In this document: piece by piece, positions 18,544 through 32,689 of the stretch | Layout of the letters: each line of letters opens with the position of its first letter | Position numbering within the stretch: position 1 is the first letter of the stretch | Assembly (NCBI RefSeq): GCF_964204645.1 | Contig: NC_134031.1 | Location: forward strand, 4,092,001-4,156,000 | DNA: 64,000 nt | Reading direction: 5' to 3' | DNA from: Tubulanus polymorphus | Lineage: Eukaryota; Animalia; Nemertea | The notes under the pieces: generated by a model | What the model saw: the letters and a program-made list of their open reading frames with translations, nothing else | Databases searched by the model: none | What the model was told of the DNA's origin: nothing | Position numbers and translations under genes: made by a program

Positions 18544-21500
18544 TGAGTGTTTCGCTTAGGTGTAAATTTGTTTTTGGAAAGTTTTAACGAAATTTGAAAA
18601 TAAGAAATAGCGCTAATTACGAACAGTGGTCGCCCCAATATCTGTAGATGTTGGCAGCAAGGAAACTCAGAAAACTGGAATGATAGTAGCGGGGAATGCT
18701 TCGTTCGTGCAGTAAAATGTATAAAATATGCAAATATTTAGCCCCGGTAGATGCCGTACAGAAAATTAGATTTCTGAATGCAATGCAGGCTCCACATTCC
18801 AATGTAAGCGCGTGGAAATGATTTGATATCCTCCTGTTTTAATTGATGATTGATAGAATTGTTGTTGAAAAGTTGTTACATGATATGTAATTATGTAGAA
18901 ATCGTGTGTAAGTTCTAACACTGCCATGCAATAATAGATATTATTAGGTAATTTAAGAATATTTATCGTTTTGGTGTTTATTATTTCTTCTTTGGTTGAT
19001 ATGATTCTGATGCGGGGGAAGCTTCAGGGACCAGTCGATCAACATACGTAATGGTTGCACTTTCTGGTGTTGGGAAAAGCCTCGCCTCGTTTATTGCAGA
19101 AGTACTAGCCAATGATACTGGCTTCAAATCATTGTATTCTCTTTAACATAAGGTATTCATTCTAGACAACTGTGTGCACGCCTCCGCAGATACGTATTGC
19201 ACTATCCAGCCAGGTCCCGCCCCACTATGTTCAAATTAAAATAATTTTAAAATCGAGAATTCCTATATTCAAAAAATCGAAAATATATAAAATACACGAC
19301 GTTTCGATCTCGCCGTCCGGTGTACATAGTGGGTTTTTATCTTATTATCCGTTCACCACGTTTAAGTGTGGTTATTTTACTACTACTAAACTGAGAAAGT
19401 TTACAATTGAGAAATACAAATTGTTTTATTTATCATTTATCAATATTAATTTTACACTTCTATACAACCCAAATTTGGGGACAACATTTTACACATTATT
19501 CATGTCCTTATAAATAGAATATTTTAATTGTAGTATATGTATTGTATGCACCGCATCCATCCAAATAAAGCGAATAATGCTATTTTACCAATCATCTGAG
19601 CGGGGGCAGATTTAGGGGGTGGTCTCTCGTCGGGGTCCGGACTCCTGCCTTCCCATTCATGGCCCTTTTCGTCAAGACAGAGATTGTTTTAACCTGTAAA
19701 CTTGATACTTTTGCTCTCGGAAATTGCAACCTTTTGGATGTATTCAAAACTGAGGGCGGAACCTCAATAGAGGCCTTTGAATAGGCTGCTTTATCTGAGA
19801 AATGCTTTCTCTTTCCTCTGGACCCCAGCCTTCCAATTTTACTAGATCTGCCCCTGCTGAGGCCAGTTGCACAGTCACACTTCAATGTTCAAAAGTGTTC
19901 TTTAATCGTAGGGAAGACCAGGGGAGTATAATGAGATCATTACACCCTGGTAAGACCAAGTTGTTAGATTGGCTCAGGGATTGGCTGTAGCACTAGGTTT
20001 TTTCTTAGACTGGTCTTAAATCATGACTTCATCTTAAGCCTTGACTGTGCAACAGGCACCTGGAATTTACATTCAAATTTAGAATTTAACACCATTACTA
20101 ATACATCTTGTTATCTATATGTTTTTAAAAAATTTTCTGGGTTGAATTTTTTCCGTGTATACAGTTTTAGGTAACGAGTACTAATCTGAAACTATCAGTT
20201 GCATAACTACAGTGTTCAGTTCCGCAAAGCTAGTATAGGAGTTGTCATTTGCAGCTCCAATGAATCTGGTTCCTGGGGTATAAGTAGATCGGTAATCTAC
20301 TTGAAAGACAAACTTCTCTATATAATTATCACCATACCAGGTAAAAAACCATGCTTTTTCACCTCCATGAATAGATAAATTCGAAGATTTTCATGATTGA
20401 ATAAAGCATTCTTAATAGCATCGACCGTTTATGGAAAATGTCAAATTTTATTTAATGGAGCATCACTTAACAGTAAACTAACCAGTTTTCTGTTCCAGCC
20501 GATTATAAAATGGATCTCCAAAATTAAGCAGTACAGGTCATGCCCCCTGGTGTCTGAAATGTGCGTTGCGACAATAAATAAACAGATACCCGGTTTATAT
20601 ATCAATCGACTGATACATGAAACCGACAGTAGGAGGAAAAACCCGTGACTTTGTTGTAAGAAAAGTATGAAATAAATTATACAAACCATATTTAAGAAAA
20701 CGGCTCAGATTACAAAAGGACTAGTAGACTACATATGACCTCGCTTCTCATACACGGAATTTTGACATAATTTATATCGTAGTACGTACGGTAATGACAT
20801 TATATATAATACGAACGCACGCAGGCCATAAAACCTCTTCTGAGCACAAATATCGAGGCCCCGACCTCTTCTTACGAGACTAGAGTTATCGAACGGAAAA
20901 CTATTTCAATCAGCCACCGTCTCATTTCGCGCTGTACGAAAAGCAGCTCCACCGAGGAGACCCCTATATGCGTATGTTCCAATTGCTATTCGTCACAGCC
21001 ATTTCGAGATCCAGGAAATATATTGTTAGCACACAAGCGCATAATAATAGCTCACATATTATTCTATTTAAGTCATGAATGAACGTTCCAAATTTTTGAA
21101 TGATATGATCGATTTTTAAATGGATAGGGGTAGATTGATGTAGTGTATAATGATTTCGATAATGTTTCAACATCTATTTAATAAGAACTACATAACAACA
21201 ATGCCATCGTCCATTATTATTGCCACAGTTATGAATGCACCCGGTACTACTACACAAAAATAAACCCCAAATTCAAAAAAAAAATGAGCACGCGATTGTA
21301 AAACAAACATTACCCTGGCAATGATCCAGATCAATCTGGCCTACACTGTAAGGCTACAAGCGGTCCCAGGCGTAACAAGATTCTAAAATGAGTAAAACAA
21401 TGCAGTCGTATGATTCAAACTAATTCAGAGTTGATCTTCGGTAATGAAGTTTTTTTTTCCTGCAACGGGATAATTCGTTCTTTGAACCGACAGGTGACAA

Positions 21501-22518
21501 TTTATATAGCACAATGACATAACAATTTATAAACAATAAGCTATCATAACAGTAGGTCCTATAGCCGAATACGAAAAAACATTTCCCAAAGTTCTCTCAT
21601 CAATCCCGGTATCAGCTTCCGTTCATCGAAATATCACTACGTATAACATCTAACGATCGTTCCCGGATAACGGACATTTCTCTCGCGATCATACAGCTTC
21701 CACGGCGATCACGGCGCGCCTTCGTTAATTTCGATCGTTCTCTGCGCGGTCGGTCGTCGGTAAACGCTACACGCACGACGCGGCGCGACGACGTACATCA
21801 TGGCAGTTATCACTTCAGAAAACGCGTAGTAGAATTGTACATGTTTTTTTTTATTTGTAAGACTAGAATAACTATATCCAACTGGCCTTTCTCTGACCAA
21901 TCCTAATGCTATCATTCACATCTGAAATGAACAATAATATCGCGTATTTATCATTGCAATTTTTTACGTTAATTGGGGAACTGCCACATATTACGTTCAG
22001 CAAACCAGTGTTATCAACGACAGGTGTTGGAGGGGTGGCTACCCCTTTCATTTACACATCCGCCCCTCTGAATATCAGCTACCCCTTACAAAATATCTTC
22101 TGCCCTTACCATAGTGTGGACGTCAATATTCTATCAATGCTGATAATTGCTTTGAAATATATTGAGCTAATGTGAAAAATAGAAGATTGCACTGAAAATT
22201 AATCTTAAATTTTCGGTACTTTTTGGGGGATCGAAAGCCTCGCTACTTCAGCAGCCACGATGTCATACACTTAATTGAATTCTGCCCCTTTGAAATTCTG
22301 GCATAATGGGAACACTGGTAACTGAAATTGATTGGCATGAACGAGCTGGAGAACGGGTGTGGTGGTAAGATATATATCTCATGCTTGGAAAAAGACTTCA
22401 ACTACGGGAACTAAATGTGGCATGCCCCATTGTACGTCGTATGTCTCCAGTTTCTTACCTACCGAGTTGTCTTCGCCATTCCTCGTCCATTATCGATAGG
22501 GATCGTACCTACGGGGTT

Positions 22519-23405
22519 TCATTTTAAACCCGTCCACATCGATTTCATGCTAAATCGGAAAACTCCCCGAGAACCACGATTTTTTTCACCTACCCGAATA
22601 ACTGACCAAGGTTCAGTTACATATCAAATTCTTTCACAACTGAAAGCGGGATTGCGCTAGTGACAATTCTAAGATGACTGACAGCTGTGGTGGCTATTAT
22701 AATATTTGTAAATTCCCTAATTTTCTCTAGCATTCTGTTTTTGTGCAGCAGAAGAATTGGTTGGGTTGTTGCGACTAACTAAAACAAATTAACATTACCA
22801 ATTTGCAGCCTGGACCCAACTACATACATTTCACTGAAGTATGAAGTTTTGAGGTAGTGGCATTTACATTTGATCAAAATAAGGTGACAGGGTTCTTACA
22901 GGTTTCCCAATTTCATTTTCCATAAAAGTTTGTAATAAAATGTATAAGACATTTAGGGATATAGCCCTAAAATTGAAAGTACAATTTTCTGATTTTCCAT
23001 ACCTTCTCCATAGGCATTGAGAAAAAAATTTCCATTTTCCAAAACTTTAAAACTTTCCAAAACCGGTAAGAACCCTGAGGTGAGATTCTGACCACCAGCG
23101 AAAACTGGTTTATAAAATCTTACCAATGAGTGGGCGGGTCCAGGCTGCTGATTGATTAGCTGCATTAGTTGGAACGAGGAAGTGAGTTGGGTCGGGTTTC
23201 ATATCGAAAGCTTACCTATTATTGACAGTACGAGGGGCTACAGGAGGGGGCGCTGGAGACATCAGCTGTGGTTGAGATTGTTGGTACTGCTGCTGTTGTT
23301 GTTGGGATAACACTGAATTCTGTGTTGTGAAGTACGACGTTTTTTCTCCGTTCGGAAGTCTACAATTAAAGCATCGTGACGTGACGTAATACGAGACAAT
23401 AATAA

Positions 23406-23436
<31 letters not shown>

Positions 23437-26400
23437 AATAACAATAATAATAATCTATCGTGAAAAACACAAGACTGAAGCAAACAATATCGCGTACACT
23501 GAGTGATCCGTATGACTAGTGGAGTCACTACTTGCATAACATATCAAATACACCTGAATACACCAGTTTTCAAGATAGTAAATAATGACGGGATTCGTTT
23601 TGGTGCTAAACCTGGCCCTGTCACCCAAACAGCTTGAACTCATGCTAGCGGCCGTAATCTCTGAGAATCAATCATAATTTCCCGAGAAATAAGCTACTAC
23701 TAGCACTCAAACTTCTTCAGGCCAGGCATTGCTCCTGGGTTGAGTGAAAATAATGAGGATCAGTCTTGCCCAGGACACTACAGTGTACTTTGACTGATAC
23801 TCCAGCGTCGAATTCTCTAAACACTACTGTTTGATAAAACGTTTTTCAGCATAAATTTGACTACTATAAAAATTTCTGAATAGAAAAAAGTCATACGGTG
23901 CTCGCTTCACCAATACGCATGCTGAAGTAATGTTTTCAAAATGACAATGTGTGCATGAAAGCCAGACTATAGATCACTTTTCGGTTCAGGACAGTTTTTT
24001 CAATGCAGCATACGAGAAGAATTTACCATTAAACCCACAAGAAAATGATGTGAAAATTACGATGAAATTGTCGATCGTTACAAAGAAATTCTCGATAAAT
24101 GCAAAAAAGTTCAGTCAACATCGGAATCGAATAAGTATACAATGTATTATAAAATAACATATGAGTAAATATATCATATACCGACATACAAATTCTAATG
24201 CTCTAGCAATAGTCAGATTTGCATAGACAGCATAATATAACTAAGAATATCTGAAGGGAAAATTTGATCTAAGTGTTCCACTAAAAATGCTGACGGCCAT
24301 ACAGAAACCTAAGCAAAGAGGCAGTTCTATGTAGGTAAGAAAATCCCAGAAGTCACAAGATTCTGAATGCCAATGCTTGCCCTGAATCATCCAAACACTT
24401 CAACACATCATCAGAAACTTTAACCAGAAGAAAAGAAAATTTATGTTGTGGTTTAGTCCTTTAAGAGTTACCCATATTTCGATAAAAAACACCTCGAAAT
24501 TCAGTTAGGTTCACGTATATTCCGTAGGACAATCAAGTTATCAATTAACTCCATAGTTATTACAGGTAAACTCTACCCTGGCAAGCGAGGACGAGGTAAT
24601 GTCTCTATGAATGATGCGTGAATAACGAGACGATAGATAGAAATAAAACGACGACAATCGGCATATTAAACGCAAACCTCGTAAAAGCGCTGCTCCGCCA
24701 TCACTGGCTCGTCTATGTATAAAAACACGAATATAAAACAATATATATTCTCAGCAGAGGGCGCCACATTCACGCTAGTATAATTTAGATAGCGGGTGGG
24801 TTTCTCAGCAGGGGGCACTGTTACAGGGTGGCCACTTTCCACCCGTTTAAAAAACCTGAGTTTCCCCTGATTTTTCCATGTGATAACACAAAATTCCCTT
24901 CTGAGAATCAGAGAAATCTCTAGGTTTAAAATGTTTCAACTTGTTCATTTTTCTTTGAATCACGTACTGATAAAGAAACAGGCGTCTATAGCATCATCAC
25001 AATTGCCAGAGTTTTCCGGGTTTTCGGTAAAATTTGTCAAATTCCGCGCGTTTCTCCTGGTTTTTCCGGTTCCCTGAGTAATCCAGGATTTTCCAGGTCA
25101 GTGGCCACCCTTGTTGCGACTTTCACCAGGGATACTATAATTGGCAACTCATATCTGGATGAAGGCCTGCTAGGCGAATTAATATTTTCTCAACAGGGGG
25201 CACTGTGATTCAAATAATGCTTGGCCTCTCGATACCGGGGGCACTTCAATTTCAATAAACCGGTAGGTGGCAGCCTTCGATATATTGCTTCAATCGGTTC
25301 ACTCTCGCCACCTGGTGGTAATTCTGAAATTAGTAACTACGCACGGTAGCAACGACTTACCTCGGTAGTTCTTTGTGTTTTTGCATCCTAGGTGGCGCCG
25401 GCGGAGGTGTGGATGGAGTATTAGTCGTCGATGAGGCGAGTGAAGCGGCCATTAACTGACGTTGTATATCGCCCCCGCCGACAGCTTCGCTTGAATATTT
25501 GATGTTCGTGTAATCGCGACCGGTTTTCTGGTATTTCTGTCGAATAAGCGTCGAGAAGATTAAACATAACACGTGAAACAAGTCACCGATTGATTTCCAC
25601 TGGATTAAAGTTAAATATTGAGTCAACGCAGCGTTCACTGTCAGCTCAATATCAGATATCTCTTCTGGTTCTGCCATGATCAGGGTGGCCATTTTTCGCC
25701 CATTTACGAATCCCCTGATTTTTGTATATGATACAAAATTCCCCTCAGTGAATTAGAGAAATTTTTCTGTTTAAAATGTTTCAGTACATTCATTTTCCAT
25801 TACTCAATAACATTATCGGAATTCCCTGAGTTTTCAGGTTTTTGGTATGATTTTTCAAATTCCCCAAGTTTTCCCTGATATTTCTGATTCCCTGAATTTT
25901 CCAGGTCAGTGGCCACCCTGACCATTGCCACTAAGGGTCTTGACACTCATTATCGATGATCGTCATCATTAACGATTATTCAAAGAGCTTCTCCCGGTGG
26001 AAAATGGTCAGATTTTCAGCGTAATTACCTGTTCTTCCTGCATTCGTTTCGATACGGTTTCAATGTAATGTTGAACTGCTAAATAAACGAACTTGTACTG
26101 AGCTTCGGTTTGCACCATTCCAGAACGCTGAGCGCGTACCATCTGTACCGTCTTCTGTATATCAATCTCTACGTCCAAACCTGTCCGTCGAAATGCATCA
26201 TTTAATGATAATCGAGAACCTACTAAGTATGATACATATACGGATAAATAAAGCAATGACTATTCCTATTTCCATAAGGGGATTCAGATGCAGAATGAGA
26301 TGCAAGATTTTGAAATTTTCACATTTTTTTCATTTCCATTTTCCACTTTGTTCACATTTCTTCACCCCAAAAATTGGTTGGACTTTTCACACTAAATTTT

Positions 26401-29400
26401 TCAAAAGGAACATATACCTAACACACGATCTCTTCATTTTCGACATGGTTTTATGGAATAATTGCATCGGTTAACATGTAAACAAGACAACGTAACAATT
26501 TTGACCTGTAATTAGGGCGTACAAATCTAGCACTTTTGCTGGATTGCATTCTTTCGTTTTCGATAATATGGTACATTCTTAACACTGATATATTTGCAGA
26601 CAGTGTATTGTCCGTGACGCGGTAGATGACGACAACTCACGTTTGAATAACAAAAGTCAAAGACAGACGTCACAATGGATTAATAGATACTTTTTTAAGT
26701 GCTGCTTTATTGATTGCAATAAGCTCACAGCTGTAGCTAATGTTTACGCAACAGACCACAATGTAACGATCTATCTATGTGAATAGCAGATCATCTTTAC
26801 AGAAATTGCGCGTGTCAGAATAAATAACAAACTCATATACAACTAGCATAATTTTATTTGCCCTGTCTTCTAGCATTGAAGGGATCTACCTTCAGCCAAT
26901 CACTTAAAAGGATTTTTATGTAAGGACCATCTAGACGGAGTCCCTACAGATCAGTCTATCCTGGAGTTCTTAAGGAAAAAATTTTGTATTTTTAGGAAAC
27001 ATCTGAATCACTTTCATGTCCCAATAACAGTGGACTCCTCCTAAATTGGTACTGGTCTCATTAAACCATCAATTTGGTGTTTTTGTATGCAAATATTCAA
27101 CATTGACACTACTAAATTCTGTTTTTAATTTGGCAACCACCTCGGTAGGCGTACAAATTCTACCTTCAAAAGGATTTTCTGTTTAGAAGAATTTTTTAAG
27201 GAATCAAGGAGTTTTAGGGACCCTTCTAGATCGGACCGCGAGAATAATATGTTTAGTTGAGAAGGAACTTACCAAGTTGACAAATCTGATTGATGATAAT
27301 GTCTATCACAATGAATGTGCCAGTTCGACCAATGCCAGCACTGCGTAATACAACGAACAAATATAAAATATAAAATCAGCATCGCTTTGAATATCAAAGT
27401 ATTTTTTGAATAATTTCACATCCGGTCAACTTCGTTTCGAAAGCTACTCGATTCAATAACGTGAACAAACAACGGACAAACCTGCAGTGAACAATAATAG
27501 GACCAGCCTGCGGTATATTCTCCTGTTTTTGGTTGATATCTTGAAGGAAGTTGAGCACGCACCCGGGATCGGCCGGCACTCCGTGATCGGGCCATACTTT
27601 AAACTGATAATGATAAATAGCTCGCGTTGATGCTTTCTGCAAAAGAAAAATACATCGTATTTCATCAACAATTTTGTACAACCTACTAACAATTCTAATA
27701 GCCTACTTCTCAAATTAAAGGAGCTTTCAGCACCTTAAAAAGCATTTTCTATCTCGCCAGAGTTTTTAAGGAATCGAGGAGTTGTGGGGTACCTGTGTTA
27801 TCTAATAGCAAACCACTTATACTGAAATTTTGAGATATGGAAGTTTTTTGTGTTTTTGGTTACCTGTCCATCATTTTCTCGCCTGGTCAACAGAAATTCA
27901 CGCAACGTGTAATCCGTAGTATCAACTTCTTTAACGCCATGAAGCACCAGTTTAGCACCAAGTATTTCCATATCGTGAGACTCTGTTTCGTCGGGCCAAT
28001 ACTTGACACATTTTATCTGAACGGGAGCCATAAAAAGAAGGATCGCATCAATCGTTATTCCAATTCTAAAAGTTATCAGACGAAATTTCATCCGTCGATT
28101 TTTTAAATCTTTTACCTTTCCGCGTTCGACTTCTTTTGTTGTCATGACGATGACTCGCGAATTTTCCTGCCAGACCATTCTCCAGAAATCCGTTATCGTA
28201 GATTGTAAACACCCCTGCGCTGCTATGTACATTTTCTTCGCTTCGGGCACATCTTCATCCGACTGGCAATGAAATTTCGAGGAGTTTTTTCAACAAACCT
28301 TTTTTCAGTTTTCACAGTTATGTAAACTATCATTGAAATGCTGACGGAGGCACGCAAGACCTGACCAGGCTGATTTCACTCCATTCTGATGAACCAACAA
28401 CCCTGGTCAGTTGCGCAGTCGGGATTTGTACTTAAGACCAATCTAAGCATACTTTTGGTGAAGCCACGACAAAATAACAACAATAACAAAATTCATCCTT
28501 GAAAATAGTATGTTTATAGCACAATCGATTTTGCCGAGTCACTTCAGCCTCATCAGGTATGAAATAAACTATGTACAGAAGAGCGTATAAGCCCACAGCA
28601 GAAATAAACAACTATTTGGAATATGAATACAATATTTACACACATCAATGGGTGTGTGACAGTAAACATTTTAGAATATATTGAGGGTGTAAATTGAGGC
28701 TGAAACGACTCAGCGTAATTGATCGTGCTGTAATATAATATTGTCAAGGATGAATCTTGTTTTTGTTGTGGCTTTATTGATCATTCGACTATCTACCAAA
28801 AGTCTACTATTTTCGGTACTATAGCAAATCTAACAATCTACAACCAGCTCATTTTTCAAATTAGTTAATTGCAACTGTGCAAATGACTCTGCTATTGTTT
28901 TAAAATCTCAAGTCTTGAATAAGTCTCGAAATTGAAATATATTCTGGATTCGCGTTATAAACAGAGAGCGAGATTAAAAGCACTTGAACTTACCGTGATG
29001 TAATTTGCATTGATATAATCAGCTCCGATTTCATCTTCAAGTCCGTCCCTCAACGTAACCCTCGTGTGATCAACTGTAAGTAATGAATAAATCTACAACC
29101 TGTAAACTATTATCTGATGAACAATAATGTTTGCATCGTAAAACATAAACGCCTGGATGGTCAAGATAATAGCCGGATAATACACATCTCTATGAGATTA
29201 TTCATTGTATCCCTGATCTGATCTATTCATTACATACTTTCGAAAAGAAGATACACTTACATGGAAGTATATTTTTATAACGATTTTTGTTTTTATTCTC
29301 TGGACGTTTTCCTTCTTTCCGACTGTACAAATGTTTGCATTCCATTTGTTGTAGTTGCTGAAACATATTTCGAACGAAGATTTAGAAAAAAAAAACACAA

Positions 29401-32400
29401 AATGGATTTCGAAGAAGAACCTGGAATCGACTACGCGATAAACGACCGACAGAATTGAAGACTCTTGAATTTAATAGAGTTTTCTGTATGATGACAGATG
29501 AAGACAGAAAAATATAATGAATAGAAATTCTTAAGCTCCACAGCTGTAACAACTGTATTCGCAACAGACTGAAAATGCAATAATCTATCTATCTATGTAT
29601 ATCTAAGCATATGACCTCGGCCATACTATCCATGATCTTAGCCAGGCATACTATATACGCTCTTAGCCATATTACCTATGATCTTAGCCACATTATCTAT
29701 GATCTTAGCCATATTATCTATGATCTTAACCATACTATCTCTGATCTTAGCCATACTATATACGATTTCAGCAATACTATCTACAACCTTAGCCATACTA
29801 TCTACAACCTTAGCCATACTATCTACAACCTTAGCCATACTATCTACAACCTTAGCCATACTATCTACAACCTTAGCCATACTATCTACAACCTTAGCCA
29901 TACTATCTACGATCTTAGTCATACTATCTACGATCTTAGCCGATACTATCTATGTAACTGTACCTCAAACTCTTCCCAGAAACCGGCTTTCTGAACGCCG
30001 TTCGAGTTTTCTTTCTGCAACTCGCGAACGCGCGATTCGATACCGGACGCGCTGATACGCGTCGCGTTGAACGGCATTTTTAAATGAACGACGATTCCCG
30101 ATTTCTCGACCATCGGATTCTTTTTATAATGATCAACGAGGTCCGACAGCGTGTCGAATTGCGGCCCACCGCCGATATCATATTTACCATCCTGAAATTA
30201 CAGAGTTGTGTGTAAACTTTCATTTGCGTTATTCTACTATTGACACAAAATTCCGTCTACCCGATAACATATCCAATATCCCTGAGTTTTTTAGGTTGTT
30301 TTTTTGCTAAATTTGTCTAATTCCCCGAGTTTTCCCAAATTTATTCAAGATTTTTTGCGATTGCCTGAGTTTTCCAGGTTTTCCAGTTCAGAAGCCATCA
30401 CGCCTGCCTGAGTTACATCAAAATAAAGACTTCTAGTTAACTATATCTATAGAGAATTGTACTGAACATACGAGGAGCGCTTTTTCGTTTTAACAAGGAC
30501 TTACCTGACATCTGATCATGATATGTGTGACTTTATCATCGACTCTGACGGATAGTACATAGTCACCGGGAGCACTCATACTCTCTCGCACTAAATAACT
30601 ACCATTCTTTCCTTTATCCATTAAATACTTCTCGGCTTGTTTCCCCGACAAATGACCGTGAAACCATCTAGAAATATCAACACACAATATCAGCCCCCCA
30701 ATAAATTAAGGGTTAGACTCCGCCTAAGTTGGATCCGATCAACCCGGATAACCGTACAAATCAGACGTTTTTTGAAACATTTTTTGTGACACCATATGAA
30801 ATACGTAATATCCAACTCGGATATCAACCAAGTCAGACACATTTTTACAGTCCCAAAAAATCTGATCGCTAAGTCTACAGTAGATGTAATATTTCAAGCC
30901 CCTTGGTTTCTAGTATTTAGCTAGACTAAGCAAACTTTTGTGAACTTGGCCCCCGACTATAGCCACGATCACACGATTGGGCCTGGAAAAATTGGCCCAG
31001 ATCGGGACCAAGTCAAATTTGGCCCGTGCCTAATAATAGAGTACATTCACACGCAAACCACTCTCAATATTAAACAATGCTTAAACAGAGCCAAGTGAAT
31101 CACTTCCTGGGCCAGTAGCAATTCAAACGCAATAATTTAACTCTTGTTTAAATTTGGCTCGGGTGATCGCGGCTTATTGTACGGCATACAATATGCCCCC
31201 ATGCACTAATATTATTATCAATTAAATATCAATCAAAACAAACGAACATCAACTGAACGAGTTCTTTCTGTTTTAATACCTTTCAGTGGTCGGGTCAGCG
31301 GAACTGAGCGGATACTTCAATTCGATGATTTCGCCATTCTTTTCTCGCAACTGTCCGAGATTCTCCATGTGATGCTGCATCAGATCGGTCAAAGTGGCAA
31401 ATTTTTCACCGCCGTACAAGTCGTAATAATCGCCGGTATTCTGTATTTTTATATGAGTCACTTGTCCTTTACGTCTATTAGAGAGAAACAAATATGAAAA
31501 ATATATTTCCATAACAAATACGTAGGAAAAACATTGTTAATACAAGTTAAAAATATCTTTAACGGTCATAATGATTATGGACTGAACTCGAGGGAACTGG
31601 TATTTAGAAATTACTGGTATTTTCGGATATATTTCTTTGAAATTTTCCTTCCGAGGGGGACACACTGGGCCTTCGGGGACTCCGCTACATGAATCATTAC
31701 ATTTGATATTCATATTCTTATGATTTCATGCTACAAGTAAATTACAAAATCAGCAAATCGAAATAGGCCTTATAAATGATGGAACTTATTGATATCAGAT
31801 CAGACAGTCTATTTCTGAAGATGGCTACCCACGGCTGCCAACTTCTAAGAAGTGCTATCAGTAACAAATTGAATTTTTTCAGTAAAATTTCATTTTCATT
31901 GAAACATGAAAGAAAATGTTCAAATTAATCAATAATCAACAAAAAGACCTTCATTAACATTTTTCATATTTTTGTATGCATCAAACAAATCAAATCAGTT
32001 TTTGCCGACATAAACTGATAACAAATACTGAAAATCCGGAACAATTGGCAGCTCTGTTTACCTAATTGCATCCGCTAAAAAATATAGATCAATTATCATG
32101 GCACGCTGAATTGTGATTTTTTGGACAATCTATCACTTTTGTTTGACCTGTTTCTTCCCTGACTTTGTATTCCCAGTCATGGTCTGCTAAGAAACTGATT
32201 GATTTTACGCGCGATCAAGCGATTTCGACAATTTCCCCAACTTTTCCCTGAATTTTAGCTTTTTTGTTCAAAATTCCCGACATGATTTCCAGGAAGCGGC
32301 CGCCCTTTCTATTTCTGCTCGGTGTACTTTCCATTTCTAATAAGGGAATAGAACTCATGATCGAGCAATTCAATCAGCGATGCGTGCGCGCAAATTCAAT

Positions 32401-32627
32401 CTACACGCATGCATACGATAACTACAGGTATATACGTAGAATACGCTATTAAAATAATCCTGCGTAACATACCGTGAACGTACGCGTTTCACAGAAAGTG
32501 TTTACTCAAGAATTACTTGAGAAATCAAATCGGATTAAACAACCACACGATCAAAAACTCAAACATACCCATCCCACATTTTACACGCTAGATTAACGCG
32601 AGAGGGTAGCTTTCGAGCGCGAAACAT

Positions 32628-32689
<62 letters not shown>

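Noticed and set aside
25303-25323. PTPN11 terminal exon using the TTTCAG acceptor at 25324
   Set aside because: It would need a 37-nt intron, far shorter than any other in the window; the 23359 acceptor gives a better continuation.
29615-29952. Possible CRISPR-like array
   Set aside because: Units are directly tandem with no unique spacers, there are no cas genes, and the context is a eukaryotic intron.
29611-30055. Repetitive ORFs (YNLSHTI)n, (MAKVVDS)n and (LAILSTT)n
   Set aside because: They are translations of a 21-bp intronic minisatellite, not genes.
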